Origin: Bacteroidota bacterium
Lineage (GTDB): Bacteria; Bacteroidota; Bacteroidia; UKL13-3
Assembly: GCA_041302975.1 (NCBI GenBank)
Contig: JBFYQC010000129.1
Span: forward strand, 1-49,914
DNA length: 49,914 nucleotides
Direction of reading: 5' to 3'
Shown here one piece after another: positions 17,583 through 26,521 of this stretch (its first letter is position 1; every line of letters starts with the position of its first letter). The translations under genes were made by a program, and so were the position numbers. The notes under the pieces are model-generated. The model was given only the letters and a program-made list of their open reading frames with translations, did no database searches and was not told where the DNA came from.

Positions 17583-18683
17583 ATGAGTAAACACGGAAAA
17601 ATTTTGGTTGCCATGAGTGGCGGCCTTGACAGCACAGTTACCGCAGTTATGCTGCGCGAAGAAGGTTACGAAGTAGTAGGAGTAACCATGAAAACATGGG
17701 ATTACGCAACCAGTGGTGGGAGCAAAAAAGAAACTGGATGTTGTAGTCTCGATTCCATTAATGATGCGAGAAGTATTGCTGTTAAGCACGGTATACACCA
17801 CATGATTTTAGATATTAGAGACGAGTTTGGTGATTTTGTTATCGAAAACTTTGTAGATGAATACTTAGCTGGGCGCACACCAAACCCTTGTGTATTGTGC
17901 AATACACACATTAAATGGGAAGCACTTCTGAAAAGAGCCAATCAATTAGATTGTGATTTTATTGCCACCGGACATTACGCAAAAGTACGTGAAGAAAACA
18001 ACAGGTTTGTAGTTAGTAAAGGTTTGGATGAAAACAAAGATCAATCATATGTCCTTTGGGGATTAACCCAACAAAGTTTATCAAGGACGCAATTTCCACT
18101 TGGACAATATCGTAAGAGCGAAATACGCCAAATGGCACTTGACATGGGGTATGATGAATTGGTGAAAAAAAGCGAGAGTTATGAAATATGTTTTGTACCC
18201 GACAATGATTACCGCGGATTTTTAAAACGTAAGGTAGAAGGACTTGAACAACGCGTTGATGGCGGTAATTTTGTTACCCGCGAAGGTAAAGTGTTGGGCA
18301 AACATAAAGGTTATCCTTTTTATACTATAGGTCAACGTAAAGGGTTAGAAATAGCAGTGGGTGAGCCTTTATATGTTATTTCTATTCACCCCGAAACCAA
18401 TACTGTAGTGTTGGGTAAAGAGGAAGAATTAAATCGCAAGGGGATGTTGGTGCGCGGTTTAAACATGGGTAAATATGCGGAATTAACATCACCACTAGAT
18501 GCTGTTACCAAAATCAGGTATAAAAATGCCGGAACAGCAAGCACCCTTTATCAAGAAGGAAATCGCATGAAGGTTATTTTTGATGCAGATGTAAAAGGAA
18601 TTGCACCGGGGCAATCGGCTGTGTTTTATGAAGGAGATGATGTAGTTGGCGGAGGATGGATTGAAAGTAGTTTTGAAGTATAG
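17583..18683 (+). CDS. mnmA: tRNA 2-thiouridine(34) synthase
   Basis: PP-loop VAMSGGLDSTV, CCSLD, NPCVLCN and DQSYVLW motifs, 366 aa. Confidence 0.95.
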   Translation: MSKHGKILVAMSGGLDSTVTAVMLREEGYEVVGVTMKTWDYATSGGSKKETGCCSLDSINDARSIAVKHGIHHMILDIRDEFGDFVIENFVDEYLAGRTPNPCVLCNTHIKWEALLKRANQLDCDFIATGHYAKVREENNRFVVSKGLDENKDQSYVLWGLTQQSLSRTQFPLGQYRKSEIRQMALDMGYDELVKKSESYEICFVPDNDYRGFLKRKVEGLEQRVDGGNFVTREGKVLGKHKGYPFYTIGQRKGLEIAVGEPLYVISIHPETNTVVLGKEEELNRKGMLVRGLNMGKYAELTSPLDAVTKIRYKNAGTASTLYQEGNRMKVIFDADVKGIAPGQSAVFYEGDDVVGGGWIESSFEV

Positions 18684-18734
18684 AAAATGCTGTTCAATAC
18701 CAAATAACAAGTATATTCGTTTCATCAATATTGC

Positions 18735-19403
18735 ATGAAAAAACTACTTTTCTTATTAGGAGCTCTATTTGTAATGGGCGCTTGTAATCGTAATGATGAT
18801 TCGGCTGTATTACCACAAATTGGCACACAATACTTTCCATTAAAAATTGGTCAAACTTGGGTTTATAAGGTTGATTCTATTGCGTATGATGATAATGGTC
18901 CTTCCCAGGCTATTGATACTTTTTACTACCAATACAAAGAACAAGTTACCGAAGCCATAACCGATGACATGGGCCAACCGCTTTATCTCATCAATCGTTA
19001 TTACAGGTTACATGATAGTGACACTTGGCAACAAGTAAGGAATTATTCAGCTCAAGTTATTGATAACAAAGCGCAACGTGTTGAAGAAAATACACGTTAT
19101 GTAAAGTTGGTTTTTCCGCTTAAGTCGCGTAATACCTGGAACGGAAACATGCTTAACGCCAAAGGCAGTCAGATTTATAAACTGATTGATTTTGAATTTC
19201 CATATACATTTCAATCAACTTCTTATAAAAGTGTAAAAGTAGAGCAGGCTAACATTCTTAATTTTATTGAAGAAATTAAACGTTATGAAAAGTATGCTGA
19301 AAATATTGGTATGGTTGAACTATTGTACGATTCACTAAATACTCAAACTACTGGAACCAAAGGCTTTCGTTACCGATTAAACTTAATGAGTTTTACCGAA
19401 TAA
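18735..19403 (+). CDS. Hypothetical lipoprotein
   Basis: Lipobox LGALFVMGACNRN. Its stop is 1 nt before the S8 peptidase ATG. Confidence 0.6.
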   Translation: MKKLLFLLGALFVMGACNRNDDSAVLPQIGTQYFPLKIGQTWVYKVDSIAYDDNGPSQAIDTFYYQYKEQVTEAITDDMGQPLYLINRYYRLHDSDTWQQVRNYSAQVIDNKAQRVEENTRYVKLVFPLKSRNTWNGNMLNAKGSQIYKLIDFEFPYTFQSTSYKSVKVEQANILNFIEEIKRYEKYAENIGMVELLYDSLNTQTTGTKGFRYRLNLMSFTE

Positions 19404-19404
19404 C

Positions 19405-21072
19405 ATGAAGTTCTTTTTATGTATCATATTATCATTCTTAGTTACTTTAACCGCCAACGCACAACAAAAAATGGTGTACAAATTCGCGGTTTTTTTTACG
19501 GATAAAGATACGGTCACTTATTCTACTTCACGTCCCGAATTATATTTGTCGACCAAAGCTATAGAGCGCAAGCAGCAACAACATATTGGTATTGACATAC
19601 ATGACATACCTGTGAGTTTAAGGCATATTCAAACCTTAAAAAAAGCAGGATACAATTTACACAATACAAGCCGATGGTTTAATTGTGCTATCGTTTTTAC
19701 GAATGATAAACATGCTGCCGATAATATAAAAAAACTTGTTGGTGTGAAGCAAGTAATTGATGTAGGATATAGCGTTGATAAAGTGGTTTCGCAGAATAAT
19801 AATCCTGTTGAATTGGATGAAATGGTAGCTATGTTAGAACAAAAGTTTGCTAAAGTTAAGGATAAAAGCAAACAAGATACCAATATATACGGAGCCGGAT
19901 TTATACAGGCCGATATGATTCATGCAACAAGTTTACATCAAATGAATTTTACCGGGAGTGATGTTACCATTGCCGTGATTGATGCGGGTTATAGAAATGC
20001 CAATAAACATATTGTATTTAAGAACGCACTTAAACAGATAATTACTACATACGACTTTGTTGATATGGAGATAAATGTTTTTGATAATGATGATCATGGC
20101 ACAGCAGTATGGAGTTGTTTGGCTGCTAATGATTCTTTTAATTTTATTGGAACAGCACCCTTTGCAAACTATATATTATTACGGTCGGAAGATGCTTCAA
20201 CCGAGTTTCCTGTGGAAGAGTTTTATTGGGCTATTGCTGCCGAATATGCTGATAGTATGGGTGCTGATATTATTAGTTCTTCTTTAGGTTATAACGAATT
20301 TGACCACGATAAATATAATTATGAACACAATCAGCTTGATGGTAAAACATCCTGGATCACACAAGCGGCAAATTGGGCATCAAAAAAAGGATTATTGGTG
20401 ATAAATAGTGCAGGTAACGAGGGTGATAACTCTTGGAAACAAATTGCATTTCCGGCTGATGCAAATGAAGTATTGACAGTTGGTGGCGTAGATAAAAAAC
20501 AACGCTTGGCCGGATTTTCATCTATTGGTTTAACAGCTGATGGCCGCATTAAACCCGATTTGATGGCTTTAGGCGAAAACGCAACCATAGCAAGCGATAT
20601 GGGTACCATTTATGAAGGAGATGGCACCAGTTACTCGTGCCCGGTTTTAGCAGGAGGAATCGCTTGCTTGTGGCCTCAGTTCAAAAAATACCCTTTAATT
20701 TTAATTAAACATTGGTTGCTCCTAAGTGGTTCTTATTATTACAAGCCTAACAAGTATTTTGGTTACGGTGTCCCCAATTTATATTTAGCTTTTCAGTTTA
20801 CCAATAATTACAGTAACGATACTTTACTTGATGTTTCTTTATTGGATGATAAAAACTACCATTTAGCCATGTTTGTAAATCATAAAGAAAAACTAAAAAT
20901 AACACTCACAAATGCTTTGGGGAAGCAGGTTTTATCTCAAACAGAAAATGCGAAACAACCTGGTTTTATTAGGTTCAAATTGCATAGTACTAAAAAGCTT
21001 AAACATGGTGTATATACATTACACATTTTAAGTGATGATAAAAAAGTAATACAACGATTGTTGGTTAAATAG
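19405..21072 (+). CDS. S8 (subtilisin-like) serine peptidase with CTD-like C-terminus
   Basis: Signal peptide present. Catalytic regions are IAVIDAGY (Asp), DDHGTAVWS (His), NSAGNEG (oxyanion Asn) and GDGTSYSCPVLAG (Ser). The C-terminal ~70 aa resemble a T9SS CTD (GVYTLHILSDD...) but lack the PNP motif. Confidence 0.85.
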   Translation: MKFFLCIILSFLVTLTANAQQKMVYKFAVFFTDKDTVTYSTSRPELYLSTKAIERKQQQHIGIDIHDIPVSLRHIQTLKKAGYNLHNTSRWFNCAIVFTNDKHAADNIKKLVGVKQVIDVGYSVDKVVSQNNNPVELDEMVAMLEQKFAKVKDKSKQDTNIYGAGFIQADMIHATSLHQMNFTGSDVTIAVIDAGYRNANKHIVFKNALKQIITTYDFVDMEINVFDNDDHGTAVWSCLAANDSFNFIGTAPFANYILLRSEDASTEFPVEEFYWAIAAEYADSMGADIISSSLGYNEFDHDKYNYEHNQLDGKTSWITQAANWASKKGLLVINSAGNEGDNSWKQIAFPADANEVLTVGGVDKKQRLAGFSSIGLTADGRIKPDLMALGENATIASDMGTIYEGDGTSYSCPVLAGGIACLWPQFKKYPLILIKHWLLLSGSYYYKPNKYFGYGVPNLYLAFQFTNNYSNDTLLDVSLLDDKNYHLAMFVNHKEKLKITLTNALGKQVLSQTENAKQPGFIRFKLHSTKKLKHGVYTLHILSDDKKVIQRLLVK

Positions 21073-21086
21073 CTACATACTAATTT

Positions 21087-21578
21087 ATGAAAACGTCTGA
21101 AGAACTGGAACAATTTTTAGATAACGATTTCCGTAATTGGTTATCTTCATTAACTCATGAAAGTGTTGCACTATGGGGTAAAATGGATGCACAACAAATG
21201 GTAGAGCATTTAATTATTGCAGTAAATGTTAGCAATGGTAAACAATTGATTACACTTGCTACTCCAATTGAAAAAGTAGAAAAGGTGAAAAAAATTGCAT
21301 TGCTAAGTGATAGACCTTTACAGCGAGAGTTTAAAAATGTGGCCTTGCCAGTTGAACCTATACCCCACGCATACGCTGATTTACAAGTTGCAAAATTAGG
21401 TTTAGTAGAGGCTGTTCAAGCATTTAAAAACCATTTTGGTGCAGAGGCAGAAAAAACACAATTACACAATATTTTTGGTGAATTAAATTATCAAGAGTGG
21501 TTGTGGTTTCATTACAAACATTTCATTCATCACTTTAGCCAATTTGGTATTACACCAATGGTGGATAGAATTAGCTAG
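21087..21578 (+). CDS. DinB-superfamily / DUF1569-like four-helix protein
   Basis: Conserved His pattern (QMVEHL ... HYKHFIHHFSQFG), 163 aa. Confidence 0.55.
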   Translation: MKTSEELEQFLDNDFRNWLSSLTHESVALWGKMDAQQMVEHLIIAVNVSNGKQLITLATPIEKVEKVKKIALLSDRPLQREFKNVALPVEPIPHAYADLQVAKLGLVEAVQAFKNHFGAEAEKTQLHNIFGELNYQEWLWFHYKHFIHHFSQFGITPMVDRIS

Positions 21579-21580
21579 TT

Positions 21581-22303
21581 TTATAAAAGTGTTGTTAAAT
21601 CACTTGACCCGATAGGGCGTTTAACAGTGAATCCTTCAGCATATGTAACATTAATTAACCTTCCAAGTTGGCGCGCTCTCCCTTCTATAAAAGCCCAAAA
21701 ATCTGCAGATGAAATAGGTGTTTCAGGTTCGTTAGAACTTAAACCTGGATTAAAGAACTGTGATTTAAATGCTTTAATTGCCTGGTTTTTTTGTTCAAAA
21801 AATGGGGTTATATCAAAAATTACATCAGGGTTGGTATAATAATCTTGTATGTAATGGTAAGTAGATTTAGGTCTCCAAGCCGATTGTGATTCACCATTAT
21901 GTTTGGTTTCTATTTTTCGTAATCCACTTAAAAAACAAGCTTCATGCACCAAGTCGCCTGCTCGTCCATGATCAATATGCCGATCAAACTCACTGTTGCA
22001 TAAAACAATTTCCGGCTGATACTTTCGAATCATGGTAATTACTTTCAACAAACTATCTTCGTCTTTTACAAAAAAGCCATCCCTCATCCTTAAGTTTTCA
22101 CGGGCATGTATACCTAGTATTTTTGTTGATGCAGCCGCTTCTTCATCACGTAACTCAGCAGAACCACGCGTACCCAATTCGCCTCTAGTTAAATCGACAA
22201 TGCCTACTTTTTTACCCAAAGCAATATGTGCCAATAAAGTTCCTGATGCTGCTAATTCTACGTCATCCGGATGCGCTGCAAATGCTAAAATATCAAGTTT
22301 CAT
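21581..22303 (-). CDS. bshB1: PIG-L/LmbE family deacetylase, bacillithiol biosynthesis BshB1-like
   Basis: MKLDILAFAAHPDDVELAASGT ... GIVDLTRGELGTRGSAELRDEEA closely follows the BshB1 N-terminal pattern (AHPDD zinc motif). Confidence 0.75.
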   Translation of the reverse strand: MKLDILAFAAHPDDVELAASGTLLAHIALGKKVGIVDLTRGELGTRGSAELRDEEAAASTKILGIHARENLRMRDGFFVKDEDSLLKVITMIRKYQPEIVLCNSEFDRHIDHGRAGDLVHEACFLSGLRKIETKHNGESQSAWRPKSTYHYIQDYYTNPDVIFDITPFFEQKNQAIKAFKSQFFNPGLSSNEPETPISSADFWAFIEGRARQLGRLINVTYAEGFTVKRPIGSSDLTTLL

Positions 22304-22316
22304 GTTGCGAATATAA

Positions 22317-22353
22317 GTGTTTAACCTAAACTGTTATTGTTGAAATCTAGTTT
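22317..22353 (-). terminator. Stem-loop after the reductase gene
   Basis: GTTTAACC(T)AAACT / AGTTTGGTTAAAC, a 13-bp stem with one bulge, 12 nt past the stop at 22365. Confidence 0.5.
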
Positions 22354-22364
22354 GGTTAAACAGT

Positions 22365-23414
22365 TTAATAATCTTCTATAGTCAATTCAACTTTGTTTTT
22401 AGTAGGGTGTGCAGTACAAGTTAATACGCGACCCTCGCCCACCTCTTTATCTGTTAGCACTTGGTTGTAATGTAAGTGAACAGTGCCAGTATTTAATTGG
22501 CATACACAGCTACTACACACTCCGCGCATGCAACTATATGGCAAATCTAGGCCGCTTTTTTCTGCTGCCTGCAATATGGTTTCTCCTGCTTTTAAACTAA
22601 AGGTGTGTTTAAGTTTATTCAAGTAAATGGTTATTTCTGCATCAGTATAATCAGGTGTTTCTTTGTCAGTCAGCAAACTCCCTTCTTCATCATCTTCATC
22701 TTCGTGTATGGTAAACGTTTCTTTAAACAATTGCTCTTGGCTAAACCCCATGGTTAGTAAGGTTATAAAAATCATTTCCATATATGCAAATGGTCCACAG
22801 GTGTAAAACAATACATCTGTTTTTGCAGCAACCCTTTCGTTTACAATTTCCTCTAACATAAAACGGTTAAGCCGGGCTTTCATCAGATTTTTATTGTCGC
22901 TAAATAACCAAATAACATCAAACCTGTTTGTAAATTGCTGTGTTAGTTGTTGTAGTTCATTATAAAATATACAATCGTCTTTACTCGAGTTGGAGTAAAC
23001 CAAAACTACAAGACTTTGTGTGTGGTAAAGAGCATGTTTGATTAATCCTAGTATAGGGCCAATTCCACTGCCGGCTGCCATAAAAAATAATTGATTGGGC
23101 AATGTTTTAGGGAATACAAATTTTCCGTTTGGTTTAAGTACTTTTAGTTCATCGCCAATCTTAAGTTTGTTGTGTAAATATCGGGTTGCTTCACCATTTT
23201 CAATAAGTTTAACAGCAATACACAATTCATGGTCGATATCCGGTGAACTGCATAAGGAATAGGGTCTGCGGATTTCTTTACCATTAATATTGAGCAACAG
23301 AGTAATGTATTGCCCTGCTTGATAGTTTAAATTTACAGGGGCATCAAAGTAAAAGCACTTGGTATCGTGCGTAACCGAAACAATTTGTTTTGTAATTAAG
23401 GTGTAATCTGACAT
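22365..23414 (-). CDS. Ferredoxin-NAD(P) reductase-type flavoprotein fused to a plant-type 2Fe-2S domain (PaaE-like architecture)
   Basis: FAD motif RPYSLCS, NAD motif FFMAAGSGIGP, C-terminal CMRGVCSSCVC...C cluster ligands. Confidence 0.8.
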   Translation of the reverse strand: MSDYTLITKQIVSVTHDTKCFYFDAPVNLNYQAGQYITLLLNINGKEIRRPYSLCSSPDIDHELCIAVKLIENGEATRYLHNKLKIGDELKVLKPNGKFVFPKTLPNQLFFMAAGSGIGPILGLIKHALYHTQSLVVLVYSNSSKDDCIFYNELQQLTQQFTNRFDVIWLFSDNKNLMKARLNRFMLEEIVNERVAAKTDVLFYTCGPFAYMEMIFITLLTMGFSQEQLFKETFTIHEDEDDEEGSLLTDKETPDYTDAEITIYLNKLKHTFSLKAGETILQAAEKSGLDLPYSCMRGVCSSCVCQLNTGTVHLHYNQVLTDKEVGEGRVLTCTAHPTKNKVELTIEDY

Positions 23415-23540
23415 GCAATTTTTGGGGTTTAGCCTATCGGTTTATGCAATAATAAAAGTATTCGCAGACTTAATCAGATTGTTTACCGATTATCTTCAAT
23501 GAAGTTACCTAAAATGAATTTTGAGCGGCAGTTCAAATCA

Positions 23541-23548
23541 TAGTTTTG
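23541..23548 (+). promoter_or_regulatory. Candidate -7 box TAGTTTTG
   Basis: Perfect TAnnTTTG ending 24 nt upstream of ATG 23573. Confidence 0.4.
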
Positions 23549-23572
23549 GAGCATTGTTTCAATAAGAATTAG

Positions 23573-24382
23573 ATGGCGGCTCGCAAATATATTTATGTTG
23601 TTTTACTTCTTTTTCTGGCTTCATGCAAGCAGTTTGAGTTCGATCCTAATCAGTCGGTAAATGCTTTTAGTGCCGATAGGCTAAATTATACAAACATTGA
23701 ACGCATTATTAATGAAACATCAAGAGAGGAAATGGTTTTGGCTATTACAGGAGACTCTCATTTGGATTATGATAACTTGACAAAATTTGTACATCATGCA
23801 AATGCCGATCCTATGATTGATTTTGTAATTCATACAGGTGATTTAACCGACCATGGTTTACTAAAAGAATTTGAATGGGCTGTGAGCTTATTGCAAAAAT
23901 TAAACAAAGCGTTTGTTGTTACATTAGGCAATCATGATTTGCTTTCACTTGGTGAAGATACCTACAAACACATGCTTGGTGGTTCAAACTTTACATTTGT
24001 TAAAGACAGTATAAAGTTTGTTTTTTTTAATTCAAACGGCAGGGAGTACGGATTTAAAGGAAAGATTCCCGATTTGGGTTGGTTAAATAAGGAGTTGCTT
24101 TCAGGTTCAGATTATAAAAATGTAATTATGGTGAGCCACGTACCTTATTGGGACAGGGATTTTGATTTAGGATTAAAACCTGATTATTTAAGGTTATTAC
24201 ATGATGTAAATTCAAGAACCCCAATATTAGCTCATATCAACGGGCATTTGCACATGCAAACAGTTGATGTTCGACCTGATAACGGATTGTTACAGATACT
24301 TCCAGGAAGCACTGGCAGTCGCACTTATGTAAAATTAATTATTGGTAAAAATGGAGTCAGGTATGAAAAAATTACTTTTTAG
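23573..24382 (+). CDS. Lipoprotein metallophosphoesterase
   Basis: Lipobox LLLFLASCKQ, then ITGDSHLD, HTGDLTDHG, LGNHD, VSHVP and NGHLH motifs. Confidence 0.8.
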   Translation: MAARKYIYVVLLLFLASCKQFEFDPNQSVNAFSADRLNYTNIERIINETSREEMVLAITGDSHLDYDNLTKFVHHANADPMIDFVIHTGDLTDHGLLKEFEWAVSLLQKLNKAFVVTLGNHDLLSLGEDTYKHMLGGSNFTFVKDSIKFVFFNSNGREYGFKGKIPDLGWLNKELLSGSDYKNVIMVSHVPYWDRDFDLGLKPDYLRLLHDVNSRTPILAHINGHLHMQTVDVRPDNGLLQILPGSTGSRTYVKLIIGKNGVRYEKITF

Positions 24383-24923
24383 TATATTGTTTTTTGGGAT
24401 TGTTAATTGTTTAGAGGCACAACAGCAAAAAATAACTACTATACAATATGCCGGTAGTATTGGTTACTTGAGTGGAGGACTGGGTATAGCCAATAAATCG
24501 GGTAAGGTACAGCATGAGTTATTGTATGGTTTTGTTCCAAAATATTACGGTGGTCCTTTAGATAAAGTTACATACCGACTAACGTATTTACCTTTTAAAA
24601 TTAAACAAAAGGGGAAATGGAGTTGGCGGCCTATTAATCCGGTTGTTTTTGCTTCATATAACATAGGAAATCAATTTTCATTGGAACACTCACATAAAAA
24701 TTACGATCAAGATTATTATTGGTGGTCGCCCGCACTCAGGTTTCATGTTGGTGCTAACACAGCACTACTTATAAGCGGTGAAAAACAAATAACTATGCTT
24801 TATCTTGAAGCCAATACAAACGATAGGTATGTTACCACTTATTGGGACAACACGACTAACATGAGTTTAGGCGATTTGTTTTACTTTGGCTTAGGAGTAA
24901 AGTTTCTGTTTAATGAACAGTAA
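24363..24923 (+). CDS. Hypothetical small outer-membrane/secreted protein
   Basis: Signal peptide MKKLLFSILFFGIVNCLEAQ. Alternating aromatic/polar strands end in GLGVKFLFNEQ. Overlaps the upstream gene by 20 nt. Confidence 0.55.
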   Translation: MKKLLFSILFFGIVNCLEAQQQKITTIQYAGSIGYLSGGLGIANKSGKVQHELLYGFVPKYYGGPLDKVTYRLTYLPFKIKQKGKWSWRPINPVVFASYNIGNQFSLEHSHKNYDQDYYWWSPALRFHVGANTALLISGEKQITMLYLEANTNDRYVTTYWDNTTNMSLGDLFYFGLGVKFLFNEQ

Positions 24924-24928
24924 AACCG

Positions 24929-24951
24929 AAACTGATTAAAATCAGTTTTTT
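24929..24951 (+). terminator. Intrinsic terminator
   Basis: AAACTGAT TAAA ATCAGTTT followed by TTT, 6 nt after the stop at 24923. Confidence 0.7.
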
Positions 24952-25015
24952 ACATGTTTGTAACTCATGCCTCATGTTTACGAAGGGTATTTTATTTGCA
25001 CACTACTTAACATCT

Positions 25016-25252
25016 ATGGAATTAATTATTATTTATCCGGTTTTTATTGGAATGGGTGTAGCCACAGCAGAACTAGCAAGGCAAAAAGGCTACAAAGCAC
25101 GTTGGTGGCTTTTATTCGGAACCTTGATTCCTTTAATCTCAACCATTATTTTGTTTTTGCTAAAAAACAAGCAAACTCATATCGAGACCTTACCTATAAA
25201 ACAACCGGACGTTACACACAACGATAAAATATTGTATCAAAAACCTATGTAA
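25016..25252 (+). CDS. Small two-TM membrane protein (78 aa)
   Basis: MELIIIYPVFIGMGVATAELARQKGYKARWWLLFGTLIPLISTIILFLLK forms two hydrophobic helices. The track start 24974 is also possible. No function inferred. Confidence 0.45.
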   Translation: MELIIIYPVFIGMGVATAELARQKGYKARWWLLFGTLIPLISTIILFLLKNKQTHIETLPIKQPDVTHNDKILYQKPM

Positions 25253-25279
25253 AGTTTTGGTACATATAATTACCTTTGT

Positions 25280-25945
25280 ATGGTGATAAAATGGTGGAAA
25301 ATATTAGGTGCTGTATTGGTTTTATACGCACTTGTTTGGGGGTTACTAACGCCCATACCTAAGCTGGCAATTTTAGAAGAAAGCATTCGCAATTTATTTT
25401 ACCATGTACCCATGTGGTTTGGAATGGTGTTTTTATTGTTAGGGTCAATGGTTAACGCTATCAAATTTTTGCGTAAAGGTGATTTAAACGATGATATTAA
25501 ATCGGCACAGTTGGCAAATGTAGGTGTGTTATTTGGTATGATGGGCATTGTAACCGGAATGATTTGGGCCAAAAACACTTGGGGTGACTATTGGACAAAC
25601 GATCCAAAATTAAACAGTGCGGCCATTGGTTTGTTAATGTACTTTGCCTACATTGTTTTACGCAGTAGCATTGAAGATGAAGAGAAACGTGCACGTGTTT
25701 CGGCTGTTTATAACATTTTTAGTTTTCCGGTTTTTGTGGTCTTGATTTTTATTTTACCGCGATTAACCGCAAGTTTGCACCCAGGCAACGGTGGTAATCC
25801 AGGCTTTAATAGTTACGATTTAGATAGTAAATTACGTTTGGTGTTTTATCCGGCTGTAATTGGTTGGACATTAATAGGATATTGGATTGCAGATTTGGCC
25901 ATCCGCAAAGAACTTATAAAACAAAAGCAATTAAATCATGAATAG
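25280..25945 (+). CDS. ccmC: Heme exporter protein C (System I cytochrome c maturation)
   Basis: Trp-rich heme-handling motif WAKNTWGDYWTNDPKL (WGxxWxxDP), about six TM segments, 221 aa. Confidence 0.85.
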   Translation: MVIKWWKILGAVLVLYALVWGLLTPIPKLAILEESIRNLFYHVPMWFGMVFLLLGSMVNAIKFLRKGDLNDDIKSAQLANVGVLFGMMGIVTGMIWAKNTWGDYWTNDPKLNSAAIGLLMYFAYIVLRSSIEDEEKRARVSAVYNIFSFPVFVVLIFILPRLTASLHPGNGGNPGFNSYDLDSKLRLVFYPAVIGWTLIGYWIADLAIRKELIKQKQLNHE

Positions 25946-26105
25946 CATATTAAATACTATTTTGTTGCAGGCTCAGGCATTTACAGAGCAAGCATCAACC
26001 CATAAATTTGAAGTAACCGTAGCTGTTATTGCTGCTATTTTTATTGGTATTGTTGGTTACCTGGTTAGTATTGATAGAAAACTTTCTAAATTGGAAAAAA
26101 AGTAG
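25938..26105 (+). CDS. ccmD: CcmD-like small membrane protein (55 aa), not in ORF track
   Basis: My translation is MNSILNTILLQAQAFTEQASTHKFEVTVAVIAAIFIGIVGYLVSIDRKLSKLEKK. It has a single TM helix followed by a basic tail. It overlaps ccmC by 8 nt and ends (TAG TAG) 4 nt before the ccmE ATG. Confidence 0.55.
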   Translation: MNSILNTILLQAQAFTEQASTHKFEVTVAVIAAIFIGIVGYLVSIDRKLSKLEKK

Positions 26106-26109
26106 TAGA

Positions 26110-26496
26110 ATGAAAAAGACGCATATTATCATTATAGCTTTAATAGCGGTTGCCATTGGTGCGATTATAAGTACTTATGGTGATGCAAGTACTTACGAAG
26201 GGTTTAAAAAAGCAACTGAAAACCCAGATAAAGAGTATCATGTGGTTGGTGTTTTAAACAAAGAAAAACCGCGCGAATACAACCCACAAGTAGATGCAAA
26301 CTTATTTACATTTTATTTGATAGATGAGCAAGGCAAAGAAAGTAAAGTTGTTTACAGAGCGCCTGAACCGGCCGATTTTGAACGTAGCGAAAAAGTGGTA
26401 ATTATTGGTAAAATGAACGGTGATTATTTCGAGGCCAATAAGATTTTATTAAAATGCCCAAGCAAATACAATGAAGGGCAAGCGCCTCAAGGATAG
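26110..26496 (+). CDS. ccmE: Cytochrome c maturation heme chaperone CcmE, CxxxY variant
   Basis: MKKTHIIIIALIAVAIGAIIS membrane anchor, an OB-fold-length body, and C-terminal LLKCPSKYNEG where canonical CcmE has HxxxY. The track ORF 26029 start is an upstream extension overlapping ccmD. Confidence 0.8.
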   Translation: MKKTHIIIIALIAVAIGAIISTYGDASTYEGFKKATENPDKEYHVVGVLNKEKPREYNPQVDANLFTFYLIDEQGKESKVVYRAPEPADFERSEKVVIIGKMNGDYFEANKILLKCPSKYNEGQAPQG

Positions 26497-26521
26497 TTGA
26501 TTTATAACACATAGAATTTAG

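Noticed and set aside
24967-25227. 86-aa ORF overlapping the 24974..25252 ORF in another frame
   Set aside because: Only one frame can be real. The 24974/25016 frame gives two clean TM helices, whereas this one gives an irregular sequence.
25271-25278. Perfect TAnnTTTG box (TACCTTTG) 1 nt before the ccmC ATG
   Set aside because: It is too close to the start codon for a transcript from it to include that codon, and there is no downstream alternative Met. It is probably a chance match, and it warns that the other promoter-box calls are not certain.
26029-26109. N-terminal 27-residue extension of ccmE in the ORF track
   Set aside because: It overlaps the better-supported ccmD-like frame. The ccmE homology-like sequence (membrane anchor MKKTHIIII…) starts at ATG 26110.
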